64,000 nucleotides of DNA, from positions 234,482 to 298,481 of the forward strand of contig CAWJKZ010000012.1 of the NCBI GenBank assembly GCA_963843575.1, given 5' to 3'. The DNA is from an uncultured Acidobacteriota bacterium. Its GTDB lineage: Bacteria; Acidobacteriota; UBA6911. Numbering within the stretch: the stretch's first letter is position 1; each line of letters opens with the position of its first letter. A program made the position numbers and the translations under genes. Below the pieces are notes generated by a model. That model was not told the DNA's origin. It saw only the letters and a program-made list of their open reading frames with translations, and made no database searches. Shown piece after piece: positions 20,895 to 31,255 of this stretch.

Positions 20895-22591
20895 CTAGCG
20901 AGCCTGGTGTGAGATCGAGGGCACGTCCGGCCCTTCCAGCGCGAGCGCGAGACGCATCAGCGTTTCGTTGCCGACGGCCCCGTCCGGGATCAGCGCCTGG
21001 TCCCGTTGAAAGGCCAGGACACGCGCGCGCAGGGCTTCGTCAAAACGATCGGATGGGGCGGCGCTCGGCTCCTTTTTCTCCAGCTTGTCGAGCGTCCGCC
21101 GGACCCAGATCACGTCTTCGCCCCGGGCCCCGACCGAGAGCAGTCGCGGGGCGATCGGCGGCTTCCAGACCAGGATGAACGAGCCGTCCCACATCCCGTC
21201 GATTTCCGACAGCGGGAACTTGGTGCTCTGCGGCGCCAATGGCCAGGGTCGCGGTGTCCCCGGTGAGCCCGACGAGGGCCGCCCGGCGCCGCTCCCCGCC
21301 GGGAAGGACGATCTCCAGGATGGCCGGGAGGTCGAAACGGCGCAGCTTGCGCCAGTTGCCCGCGAGGTAGAGGCACTCGAACCCGTGCGCGCGCCCGACC
21401 TGGCACCCGAGATCCGACCGGCGCACCGGGGCGTCGACCCCCCAACGGGCAAACAGGTTGGTGAAGCTGGAGGCGGTGTCGCGGTCGAGGGAGGAATCGG
21501 CGAGCACCTCCGCGAGCCGGCCAGCCTTGACGACGGCCGGCGGCGGGTCGACTCGGGCCAGGGGCGCGCCCGCATCTCCCGAAACCGGCGTCACTACGCC
21601 CGCGTCGGGTTTGACCGGCGGGGCGGCAGCCTTTTCGATACCGACGACGCTCGCGACCGGGGCCGCTGCGGCCTTGTCCCGGCGACGGAAGGGGGAGTGG
21701 GCCGAGGCCAGGAAGATCGCGCCCGCGACCACCAGCGCTATCGCCGCCACCGTTCCCGCAAAGAAGAGCTGCCGGCGCCCCGGGACGACGCCGCGCGCCT
21801 CCCGGCTCGCCCGGCGCACGATGGCGGGGCTCACGCTCCGCTTTTCGAGCGCGTAAGCCCCGAGCAGGGCGCGGTCGCAGATGACGTTGATCAGGCGAGG
21901 CACCCCGCGCGAAAGCCGGTAGACCTGGCGCATGGCCCGCTCCGTGAACAGCGGGCGCGCTCGACCCCGCCACCAGCAACCGGTGCCGGATGTAGGCGTA
22001 GGTCTCCCGCCTGGACAAGGGGAGGAGGTGATAGCGCGCCGTGATGCGCTGGGCCAGCTGGCGCAGCCTGGCGCTCTGCAGGATGGCCAGGAGCTCCGGC
22101 TGGCCGATCAGGATGATCTGGAGGAGCTTCTCCTGCGCCGTCTCCAGGTTGGTCAGCAGCCGGATCTGCTCCATCACGTCGCCGTCGAGGTTCTGCGCCT
22201 CGTCGATGATCAGCACCGTGCGCCGGCCCTGCGCGTGCGCCTCGAGCAGCCGCAGGTTCAGGGCGTCGATGAGGACCTTGATGCTGCCGGTCACCGGGTA
22301 GGAGATCCCGAGCTCGTCACAGACCGTCGCGACCAGCTCGATCGCCGTCATCCGCGGGTTCAGGACCAGGGCGACGTCCGTCTCGGGCGGGAGCTGCTTG
22401 ACCAGGCACCGGGAAAGGGTGGTCTTCCCCGACCCGATCTCACCCGTCAGCTGGACGAACCCGCCGGGCTGCTGAATGCCGTAGACGAGGTGGGCCAGCC
22501 CTTCCCGGTGGCGCTCGCTCATGAAGAGATAGCGCGGGTCGGGCGTGAGCGAAAACGGAGCCTCCTTCAGTCCGAAGTATTCGGTATACAT
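20895..22591 (-). CDS. gspA: general secretion pathway protein A (ExeA): AAA ATPase plus peptidoglycan-binding domain, frameshifted
   Basis: MYTEYFGLKEAPFSLTPDPRYLF, GEIGSGKTT, IIDEAQNL, VLAFQRDQALIPDG. Confidence 0.9.
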
Positions 22592-22655
22592 TGTCTTGAG
22601 CTGCCAAAGACTATACCAGAGACCATCACGATCCGTAAGGCGGGCCGGTGCGGCG

Positions 22656-22758
22656 GACTTCGAGATGACTTCGAGATTCTTCGAGCTCTTGGAGCGTTCG
22701 AGGCGAGATTTTAAAGACTCACCGCGAAGACTCGAAGGTCTCCAAGGGTCTCGAAGAA
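22656..22758. repeat. CTTCGAG/CTCGAAG phased palindromic element
   Basis: CTTCGAGATGA CTTCGAGATT CTTCGAGCT CTTGGAG then inverted CTCGAAG CTCCAAG CTCGAAG. Confidence 0.75.
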
Positions 22759-24173
22759 GTGCGGGGGGCATTCAGGTGGCGCAACACCGCATCGGCAATC
22801 ACCTGATGCCCTTTTTCGTTGAAGTGCCCGAAGCGTCGAAACGGGAACAGAGACAGCGGATCGTCCTGCGCCTGGAAAGCGGGGACGGTGTCGATGATCG
22901 TCAGGCCGCAAGCCCGGACCGTGGCAAAGACCTTGGCCCTTTCTTCATCCGCCAGTGGCGACCGCGTCCCGAACCGCCTCCAGCTTGGCTGGTAGACAAA
23001 CACGAGGGTGCCTCCCCAGGAGGCGACGCGCGCCCTGCTCGCGGACAGGATCCGCGCAAAGAGGCTCAGGTTCGCGGGCCCGACCGCCTCGTCCTCGGCG
23101 CTCGCCCTGCTCTCTTTTCCGTACACGAACCCCAGGGTTTGTCGCAGCTGCTCCAGTTTCACCACCGATTCCAGACGCCGGAGGGAAGCCCTCCAGGAGT
23201 CCCGGGGGCCGCGGGCGGCAGGGGTGCGTTCCTCTGTCCTGAGATCGTCCATCAGTTTCCGATCGATTTCCTCCTGCCGGCCGATCAATCCCTGATGGAA
23301 GTCCCCGGACATGTATCTCTGGAATACCGGCTCCTCCCGCTGGCGCCAGAGATCGTCCAGGTCGATCCCTTCGCAATGGAACCACAGGACGACGTCGGGC
23401 TTGATCTCCGTCACGTACTCCTGCATCAGCGCCCACATGAGCATCGGGCCGCCCGAGAACCCCAGGTTGAGGGTTGCAGGAAACACCTGCCGGATCCGGG
23501 CGACGTAGTTCTGCTCGGGCGGGACCGCGTAGCCTTCCGTGAAAGACTCGCCCAGCGCCACAATGCGGATGTGCGGCAGACCCCAGATCCCCGCCGGGTT
23601 GTTGAACCCTCGCTCATCCGTGCGATACACCACCCACTGCCCGCTGTCGTTGCCCAGGACCGTCATCTTGTTCGACATGGGAGCCAGAGGAAACAGCCCT
23701 TCGAATCTCGGGTTGCCCCTCCACGCGGTGGTCGCCAGGGGCACGGCGTCGACCCCCTGGCGCCTCAGATCGGCGACCACCTCGGCGCGGCTCCTCGGAT
23801 CGAAGTTCACCCCGGATTCCGCGGCCGCTTCCTTGACCACCTCCGCCCACTTCGCGTTGTATTCCCAAACGGGCATCTCGACGGCCTTCGGCCGCATCGT
23901 CCGCAGCAGCAACTCGGCCCCGAACACGGACAGGACGAGCGCCACGGCACACGCGGCAACTCGGGCCCTGGCCCGCGGCCTCAACCACAGGGCTGCGAGG
24001 AAGGCCACCGCCAGCGCGATCGGCACGACGTGGTAGAGCACCGCGCCCCCCCAATTCGAGAAGTGCCGGTCACGCACCCAGTCGTAGTGATACAGAACCA
24101 CCGCGGCGAACCACAGCGAGAGCAAACCCGCGCCGAGCAGTATGACGTTCGCGATCTTGATTCTGGTCGACAA
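22719..24173 (-). CDS. membrane-anchored SGNH/GDSL-like protein
   Basis: three N-terminal TM helices, LGESFTEG, NLGFSG, GHFNEKGH; C-terminus reads into the repeat. Confidence 0.75.
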   Translation of the reverse strand: MSTRIKIANVILLGAGLLSLWFAAVVLYHYDWVRDRHFSNWGGAVLYHVVPIALAVAFLAALWLRPRARARVAACAVALVLSVFGAELLLRTMRPKAVEMPVWEYNAKWAEVVKEAAAESGVNFDPRSRAEVVADLRRQGVDAVPLATTAWRGNPRFEGLFPLAPMSNKMTVLGNDSGQWVVYRTDERGFNNPAGIWGLPHIRIVALGESFTEGYAVPPEQNYVARIRQVFPATLNLGFSGGPMLMWALMQEYVTEIKPDVVLWFHCEGIDLDDLWRQREEPVFQRYMSGDFHQGLIGRQEEIDRKLMDDLRTEERTPAARGPRDSWRASLRRLESVVKLEQLRQTLGFVYGKESRASAEDEAVGPANLSLFARILSASRARVASWGGTLVFVYQPSWRRFGTRSPLADEERAKVFATVRACGLTIIDTVPAFQAQDDPLSLFPFRRFGHFNEKGHQVIADAVLRHLNAPRTSSRPLETFESSR

Positions 24174-24225
24174 TGAAAACTCCGTAGCTGGGGTCCCCTA
24201 CCTCATCGTCCTTCCATAACAGACG

Positions 24226-24395
24226 CTTTCGAGATTCTTTGAAAAAACCACCTCAAGACGCCAAGTACTCGAAGAATCTCCAAGGAATTCTTCGAGACCC
24301 TTTGAGTCCTTCGCGCCTTCGAGGTGAGATTTAAAAAAATCATTCGAAGAATCTCGAAGGCCGTGGTCGATGGATACCACAGAAATCTTCGAAGA
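24226..24395. repeat. CTTCGAG/CTCGAAG phased palindromic element
   Basis: multiple TTCGAG/CTCGAAG units; shares TTCGAGG.GAGATTT.AA with the 22656 copy. Confidence 0.75.
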
Positions 24396-24565
24396 ATGCG
24401 GTCTTTTCGCCCGTTCTGGGGTAATATCGATCATCCAAGTGCATCAGGAGGCTGGGGGCGTCCCCGGGGAAACAGCCATATCGACATTTCTCAGCAGCTG
24501 GCAAGAGCTGGATCTGGATGCCAGAGGACTGCTTTTCTTACCGATAACCACAAAGGGAGCACACG

Positions 24566-26032
24566 ATGAAGGAAGAGATTAACACGAGGACCCGGCAGCG
24601 TCAGATCACCCGACGCGAGTTCGGCGGCGCCCTGGCCGCGGCCGGCGTGATCACGGCGGCGCCTGCATTTCTGCGCGGCCAGAATCTCAACAACAAGCTC
24701 AACATCGCCTTGATTGCCTGCGGTGGCCGCGCCAACGCCAACATGAACGGCGACGGCGGCGGCGGCGGTCGCGGCCCCGGCGGTACCCCGGCGCCAAAAC
24801 CCACCGGACCACCCAAGGGCATCCCGGCCGAGAACATCACGGTCATCTGCGACGTCAACCAGGACGCCGTGGACGCCGCGGCCCTGAAGTTTCCAAATGC
24901 GAAAAAGTACAACGATTTCCGCAAGGTCTTCGAGAGCCCGAACGACTTCGACGCCGTCATCGTCAGCACGTGCGAGCACACCCACACGCTCGCGACCTAC
25001 CTGGCCCTGACCCACGGCAAGCACGTCTACTGCGAGAAGCCGCTCACCCACGACATCTGGGAAGCGAGGTTCATTCGCGAGACCGCCGCCAAGTACCCGA
25101 AACTGGCCACCCAGACCGGCAACCAGGGACACGCCTCGCCGGCACGCCGCCAGATCAAGGAACTGATCATGGCCGGCGCCATCGGCCCGGTGCGCGAGGT
25201 GCACGTCTGGGCGGGCCGCGCCTGGGGACTGCAGAACGCCGAGTCGGCCAAGAAATTCGACATGCCGCACGGCTTCTACAACGGCATCCAGATCACCGAG
25301 CGGTTCAAGGAAGAGATGCCGATCCCGCCGAACGTCAACTGGGACCTGTGGATCGGGCCTGCGCCGGTGCGGCCGTTCCACGCCACCTACCTGCCCGGAC
25401 CTCGCTGGTACCGGTGGTGGGACTTCGGCAACGGCACCATGAGCGACCTCGGCGGCCACGACAACGACGCCGCTTTCCAAGTGCTGGACCTCACCCAGCC
25501 CCTGACGGTAGAAGCCGTCTCCCCTAACGGCAAGGCCCACCCGGAACTCGCGCCGGCAACGCTGACCGTGACCTACGAGTTCCCGGCCCGCGGCTCGGCC
25601 CCGCCGGTCAAGCTCGTCTGGTACCAGGGCGAGGCCAAGCCGCCGCTGTGGGTCGAAGGCAAAATCCCCCAGACCGACCGCGCGGCGCTGTTCATCGGCG
25701 ACAAGGGAATGCTGTCCACCGGCGGCGGCATAAAGCTCCTGCCGGAAGAACAGTTCAAAGACTACCAGATGCCGCCGGAAACCCTGCCCCGCTCGCCGGG
25801 CCACTACATCGAGTGGATCCAGGCGTGCAAGGGCGAGGGGCCTGCGGCTGGCTCTCATTTCGGGTATTCCAGCTGGGTCACTCAGTCGAACCACCTCGGC
25901 AACGTGGCCTACCGGGTCGGGAAAAAGCTCGAGTGGGATCCGGTCAACCTGCGCTGCCCCAACGCCCCGGAAGCCAGCCAACTCATCCGGCGCCCGTACC
26001 GGAAGGGCTGGGATAACATTCTGAAGGCCTAG
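24566..26032 (+). CDS. Gfo/Idh/MocA family oxidoreductase, TAT-exported
   Basis: TRREF signal, HVYCEKPLTH, TQTGNQG, WDLWIGPAP, WWDFGNG. Confidence 0.93.
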   Translation: MKEEINTRTRQRQITRREFGGALAAAGVITAAPAFLRGQNLNNKLNIALIACGGRANANMNGDGGGGGRGPGGTPAPKPTGPPKGIPAENITVICDVNQDAVDAAALKFPNAKKYNDFRKVFESPNDFDAVIVSTCEHTHTLATYLALTHGKHVYCEKPLTHDIWEARFIRETAAKYPKLATQTGNQGHASPARRQIKELIMAGAIGPVREVHVWAGRAWGLQNAESAKKFDMPHGFYNGIQITERFKEEMPIPPNVNWDLWIGPAPVRPFHATYLPGPRWYRWWDFGNGTMSDLGGHDNDAAFQVLDLTQPLTVEAVSPNGKAHPELAPATLTVTYEFPARGSAPPVKLVWYQGEAKPPLWVEGKIPQTDRAALFIGDKGMLSTGGGIKLLPEEQFKDYQMPPETLPRSPGHYIEWIQACKGEGPAAGSHFGYSSWVTQSNHLGNVAYRVGKKLEWDPVNLRCPNAPEASQLIRRPYRKGWDNILKA

Positions 26033-26093
26033 CAGCGGAAGCCTGAAGCCGGAACCCGTTATTCGCCGGCTTCCGGCTGTCCGACGGCTGTTT

Positions 26094-26196
26094 CTGGATT
26101 TGCGGCGGCTCGACGCCAATCGGAATGGCGCCGAGCCGCCCGGCAATTCCGGTCGTTGGACGCAAGTGAATGCGGCGCCGAGGCGCCGCACTCCAG
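26094..26196. repeat. GGAGTGCGGC-type REP doublet
   Basis: CTGGATTTGCGGCGGCTCGACGCC ... GCGGCGCCGAGGCGCCGCACTCCAG; solo copies at 55696-55719 and 58037-58059. Confidence 0.7.
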
Positions 26197-26329
26197 AGTA
26201 ATTCAGTCGGCCGCCAGCTCCCCAAGCCCGGCACGCGGTATGCCATGCTGCGCGGGCGAGAACCCCCATTCCCCGCTGTTTTCGGACGTGCGCCGCGTTG
26301 TGCTATCATCGGCCGACGGGAGGGGAGTC

Positions 26330-28134
26330 ATGGAAAAGCGTCATAAGTTTTCCATCTGGTACGTCTTGTTTGGCGTGTGGGTGGTCCTGATCGTCCAGAG
26401 TTACATCGCGTCCATGCTCGCCACCGAGATGATACCGTACAGCCAGTTTCTCGACCTCCTCAAGGGCGGCAAGCTCGTCGACGTGGCCGTTACCGCCAAT
26501 CAGATCGAAGGGAAAATGAAGGTGGAGGGCGGCACGCCCGGTCTGACAAAAGCCTTCAGGACCGTCCGGGTCGACCCGGACTTGTCCACCCTGCTCGACC
26601 AGTACAAGGTCGTTTTCAAGGGTCAAATCGAGTCGACGTTTGTCCGAGACATCCTGTCGTGGGTCTTCCCCATCATCCTGTTTGTCGGCATCTGGTACCT
26701 GTTCATGAAGAAGATGGGGGCCCAGCAGGCGGGCTTCATGACCCTCGGCAAGAACAAGGCGAAGATCTACGTGCAGGACGAACTGAGCGTCACGTTCAAG
26801 GATGTCGCGGGTGTCGACGAAGCCAAGCAGGAGCTGATCGAAGTCGTCGAATTCCTGAAGACCCCGGGAAGTTCACGGAACTCGGGGGCAAGATACCCAA
26901 GGGCATCCTCCTGGTCGGCCCGCCGGGGGCAGGAAAGACCCTGCTGGCCAAGGCCGTCGCCGGCGAGAGCGGCGTGCCTTTCTTCAGCCTCTCGGGATCG
27001 GAGTTCGTCGAGATGTTCGTGGGCTTGGGGGCGGCGCGGGTGCGCGACCTGTTCGTCCAGGCCAAGGAAAAAGCCCCTTGCATCATCTTCATCGACGAAC
27101 TCGATGCCCTGGGGAAGGCCCGCGGCTTCTCAGCCCTCGGGGGACACGACGAACGGGAACAGACCCTCAACCAGCTGCTGGTCGAAATGGACGGCTTCGA
27201 CCCGAAGGTCGGAGTCATCCTGATGGCCGCGACGAACAGGCCCGAGATCCTCGACCCGGCGCTCCTGAGACCAGGCCGGTTCGATCGCCACGTCCTCGTG
27301 GATCGCCCGGACAAGCAGGGGCGGGCGGAGATCCTAAGGGTCCACTTGAAGGCGATCAAGATCGCGGCCGAACTTGATGTGGACAAGCTGGCGGGCATGA
27401 CCCCAGGAATGGTGGGGGCAGACCTCGCCAACCTGGTCAATGAAGCGGCGCTGCTCGCCGTCAGGAGGAACAAGAAGGAAGTGGGGATGCCGGAGTTCGA
27501 GGAGGCTGTCGAGAGGATCGTCGCCGGACTCGAAAAGAAAAACCGCCTGATCAATCCGGAGGAGAAAAAAGTTGTTGCCTATCACGAGATGGGGCACGCC
27601 ATCGTGGCCCTGTCTCTGCCGGGCACGGATCCGGTGCACAAGATTTCCATCATTCCCCGCGGCATTGCGGCCCTGGGCTATACCATGCAGGTCCCGACCG
27701 ACGATCGTTTCCTGATGAAAAAGACCGAGCTTCTCAACAAGATCGCCTCCCTCCTGGGAGGGCGGGCGGCAGAACAGATCGTTTTCGGAGATGTATCCAC
27801 CGGTGCCCACAATGACCTGTCCAGGGCCACGGACATCACGAAGAGCATGATCAAGGAATACGGCATGAGCGACCGGTTGGGCCAGGTGTACTTCTCCCAC
27901 GAGAAGCGGCAGCAGTTCCTCGATATGGGAGTGCAGGAGACCGCCGATTACAGCAACGCCACGGCAGAGGCAATCGACCAGGAAATCAGCGAGATTATCG
28001 CCAGGGAATATGGGAGGGCGGTCGAGATTCTCAAGAGCAGGCGGAGTCTCCTCGAGCAGGGCGCCGCGTTGCTGCTCGAAAAGGAAAAAATAGAAGGCTC
28101 GGAACTGAAGGCCCTTGCCGCCGCCATCGCCTGA
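26330..28134 (+). CDS. ftsH: ATP-dependent zinc metalloprotease FtsH (one frameshift near 26865)
   Basis: two [27 protein letters not shown]. Confidence 0.95.
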
Positions 28135-28147
28135 TCGCGACCGCAAT

Positions 28148-28530
28148 ACAAGTGGGTCCGGGCTTCAGCCCGGACGTCTTTTGATCTGATCTATGTGGCG
28201 ACGGGCGCACGTTATACCGACCGCAAACAGCCTCCGGGCTGAAGAGGCTGTCCCACGATTGAACCGCCCGGCCTGCCCGTAAAACAAGTGGGTCCGGGCT
28301 TCAGCCCGGACGTCTTTTAATCTGATCTATGTGGCGACGGGCGCACGTTATACCGACCGCAAACAGCCTCCGGGCTGAAGAGGCTGTCCCACGATTGAAC
28401 CGCCCGGCCTGCCCGTAAAACAAGTGGGTCCGGGCTTCAGCCCGGACGTCTTTTAATCTGATCTATGTGGCGACGGGCGCACGTTATACCGACCGCAAAC
28501 AGCCTCCGGGCTGAAGCCCGGACCCACTTG
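28148..28530. repeat. tandem array of 136-bp units carrying a GTGG-foot REP (GTGGGTCCGGGCTTCAGCCCGGAC)
   Basis: units start at 28148, 28284 and 28420, one mismatch; array closes with an inverted REP at 28505-28530. Confidence 0.92.
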
Positions 28531-29647
28531 GGTCTACGAGGCAGCCGGTCTTGCTGGTGTCGTAGCCGCCCAGAGCCTCGAGCTCGCCTCTTAGGGTCGC
28601 CCGGTTGAGTGCATCCAGCACCACCTGAATCGCCGGCAAATCAAAATTCTGCTCCGGGATGACCAGATCGTAGCGCTCGCACGCCAGGGGGATGAAGGAC
28701 AGTCCGAAAACACGCGCAGCCGCCCGGGTAGCGACGCAGCAGTCCGCCATGCCGCCGTGCACATGCCATGCCGCCAGCACGTGCCCGCCCGCCGTCTGGT
28801 CATATCCCCTGACGTTCCCGGGTGGTATGCCTTCCCTCTCGAGAGACCTGTCCAGCAGGAGGCGTGCGCCGGCGCCCACTTCCCGGTTGACGATCGTCAC
28901 TTCCGGGCGCGCGAGATCGCCCACGCCGGATATCCCTTTGGGGTTTGCCGCGGCCACGACCAGCCCCTCCTCCCAGGAAGCAAAGGTCACGATCCGAACG
29001 CCGCCTCGCGGGAAAAACCTCCTGATGACCGTGAGGTTGGATCCTCCGGCCGCCTTGCCGGCGAGGTGAGTCCCGGCGATGTGGACCTTGCGAGCCCGGA
29101 GCCACTCGAGTGCCTGACGGCTCGAACACGTCGCGGTGATCAGTTCGACGTTGCCCTGCTTCCGCACCTGGCGCGCCAGCACAGCCATGGCAGGGTCGCA
29201 GCCGGCCACGATCAGCCGGTTGTCGAGATCGGCCGCGTCGCGGATCGGACGGACCAGTGTCCTGCCCCTCCGGCCGCGACCCGTGATGATCGCGTCGGCC
29301 ACGGGAAGCTCTCCGTGAACCGGGGGGGACGGCACGCCCATCAGGCGTCTCCCCACCCTGGCGAGCCGCAAGGGCTGGTTCGCTTGCCCGGACTCCAGCC
29401 GACCTGCCAGCAGCTCGACGGGCGCCGACTCGGGTGCCGCCGCAGCCGGCGCCGCAATCGAGAACAGATCCTCGACCCTCGCCTCCAGTGCCAGGGCCAG
29501 ACGGAGCGCCACGAGGGTGTTGGGGATGTAGCGCTGCGCCTCGATGGCGTAGATGGTCTGCCTCGTCACGCCCGCCCTGGTGGCCAGGACCGCCGCGGTG
29601 AGTCCGCGACGCCGCCGCACTTCGGCCAACTTGTTTTGCACGCCCAC
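28484..29647 (-). CDS. XRE-HTH plus molybdate-binding PBP domain transcriptional regulator
   Basis: GVTRQTIYAIE HTH, GCDPA, VNREVGAGAR, ERYDLV; stop lies inside the REP. Confidence 0.88.
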   Translation of the reverse strand: MGVQNKLAEVRRRRGLTAAVLATRAGVTRQTIYAIEAQRYIPNTLVALRLALALEARVEDLFSIAAPAAAAPESAPVELLAGRLESGQANQPLRLARVGRRLMGVPSPPVHGELPVADAIITGRGRRGRTLVRPIRDAADLDNRLIVAGCDPAMAVLARQVRKQGNVELITATCSSRQALEWLRARKVHIAGTHLAGKAAGGSNLTVIRRFFPRGGVRIVTFASWEEGLVVAAANPKGISGVGDLARPEVTIVNREVGAGARLLLDRSLEREGIPPGNVRGYDQTAGGHVLAAWHVHGGMADCCVATRAAARVFGLSFIPLACERYDLVIPEQNFDLPAIQVVLDALNRATLRGELEALGGYDTSKTGCLVDPSGSGLQPGGCLRSV

Positions 29648-29779
29648 GAATTCCCCTTGCCTGACCCGATTGCCGACGTTATACCATGTTGTCGCTTTAA
29701 GACGACGATGTATCTTATAGTATAATTTCCCTTTGTGTTCGCCTCCCGTTCTTGCAGGGAGGCTTGCGGGGTACGGCGC

Positions 29780-30514
29780 ATGAAAAACCCGACCAAGATG
29801 ATCGTCGCCCTGTTCTGCGTACTGGCGCCGACGGCGCACGCCCTGGCCGGCGAGATCCACATTTCGGCCGCCTTGAGCCTCAAAGAGGTCATGGACGATC
29901 TCACCGGCCGCTTTGCCGGCAGGCATCCGGGAACGGACTTCTTAAAAAACTACGGCGCGTCCGGAACACTCGCCAGGCAGATCGAGAGCGGCGCGCCTTC
30001 CGACATCTTCATCTCAGCCAACCCGGAGTGGATGGATTATCTCAAGAACAAGAGTCTTGTCGATCCCGTCAGCGTCGGCACCTTTGCCTACAACACCCTG
30101 GTGTTCGTCGGCGCACCGGGCAAGGCGTCCGCATTGAGGGACTTGTTGAAACTGGACAGGATCGCCCTGGGCAGCCCCGGGAGCGTGCCGGCCGGCGCGT
30201 ACGCCATGGAAGCGCTCAGGAGGGCCGGCATCGACAAGCAGCTCGAGGGGAAGCTGGTGCTGGCGAAGGATGTGCGGGAGTGCCTCGTCTATGCCGAGCG
30301 CGGCGAGGTCGACGGCGCTTTCGTTTACCGGACCGACGCGCTCCAGGCGAGGCAGGCAAGAATACTGTTTGCGGTGCCGCAGGAACTCTATCCTCGCGTC
30401 GCCTACTCGATGTCGTTGACGGTTTCGGGCGCGAAAAACAGGGATGCGGCCGCTTTCTTCTCCTTTCTGGGCAGCGATGAAGCGAGGACGGTGCTGGCCC
30501 GGCACGGATTTTAG
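29780..30514 (+). CDS. modA: molybdate ABC transporter substrate-binding protein
   Basis: SAALSL, YGASGTLARQIE, SVPAG.YA, FVYRTDA. Confidence 0.93.
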   Translation: MKNPTKMIVALFCVLAPTAHALAGEIHISAALSLKEVMDDLTGRFAGRHPGTDFLKNYGASGTLARQIESGAPSDIFISANPEWMDYLKNKSLVDPVSVGTFAYNTLVFVGAPGKASALRDLLKLDRIALGSPGSVPAGAYAMEALRRAGIDKQLEGKLVLAKDVRECLVYAERGEVDGAFVYRTDALQARQARILFAVPQELYPRVAYSMSLTVSGAKNRDAAAFFSFLGSDEARTVLARHGF

Positions 30515-30545
30515 GACGCGGATTGACGCGGATCGACGCGGAAAT
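30514..30545 (+). repeat. 10-nt-period GACGCGGAT array inside the mod operon
   Basis: GACGCGGATT GACGCGGATC GACGCGGAAA directly after the modA TAG. Confidence 0.8.
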
Positions 30546-30569
30546 CCGTCCGGCATTCAGGGGGCCGTG

Positions 30570-31253
30570 ATGCTGTTTTCCGCCACCGACGTCGACGCCA
30601 TTCGGCTTTCGCTGCAGGTTGCTCTCGTGGCGACCCTGATTTCGCTTCCGTTCGGTTTTGCCGCCGCCTACGTCATGACGTACGGGAGATTCCGCGGCAA
30701 GGTCGCGCTCGACGTTTTCGTCAATCTGCCCCTCACGCTCCCTCCGGTCGTCATCGGCTATCTGCTGCTTTTGGCCCTCGGGCAGAGAGGCTTCATCGGC
30801 CGGCACGTCCTGCAGCCGCTCGGCATCCGGTTGCTCTTCACGTGGAAGGCGGCGGTCATCGCCACCGCGATCGTCGGTTTCCCCTTGCTGGTCAGGTCGA
30901 TCCGCCTCGGCATGGAGTCCATCGACCACGGCCTCGTCCAGGCCGCGCGCTCCCTGGGGGCCGGCCGGTTCGATGCCATCCTGACGGTCATTCTGCCGCT
31001 TTCCCTGCGCGGCATCCTCGCCGGCTCGGCGCTCATGTTCGCACGCGGCCTCGGGGAGTTCGGAGCCACCATCATTGTAGCCGGCAACATCCCGGGAGTG
31101 ACCCAGACCATCCCGTTGGCGATCTACGAATATGTGAGTTCCCCGACGGGCGACAGGCTGGCCATGGCGCTTTGCGCCGTATCGATCCTCATCTCGGTGG
31201 CCGTCCTGCTGTGCCACGAATATCTCGGCAGCCGCATGGTCGGGAAGGACTGA
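30570..31253 (+). CDS. modB: molybdate ABC transporter permease
   Basis: LPLTLPPVVIGY, ARGLGEFGATI, TQTIPLAIY. Confidence 0.95.
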   Translation: MLFSATDVDAIRLSLQVALVATLISLPFGFAAAYVMTYGRFRGKVALDVFVNLPLTLPPVVIGYLLLLALGQRGFIGRHVLQPLGIRLLFTWKAAVIATAIVGFPLLVRSIRLGMESIDHGLVQAARSLGAGRFDAILTVILPLSLRGILAGSALMFARGLGEFGATIIVAGNIPGVTQTIPLAIYEYVSSPTGDRLAMALCAVSILISVAVLLCHEYLGSRMVGKD

Positions 31254-31255
31254 CC

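Noticed and set aside
28148-28530. CRISPR array
   Set aside because: The would-be spacers are identical between units, the period is 136 bp, and no cas genes are present.
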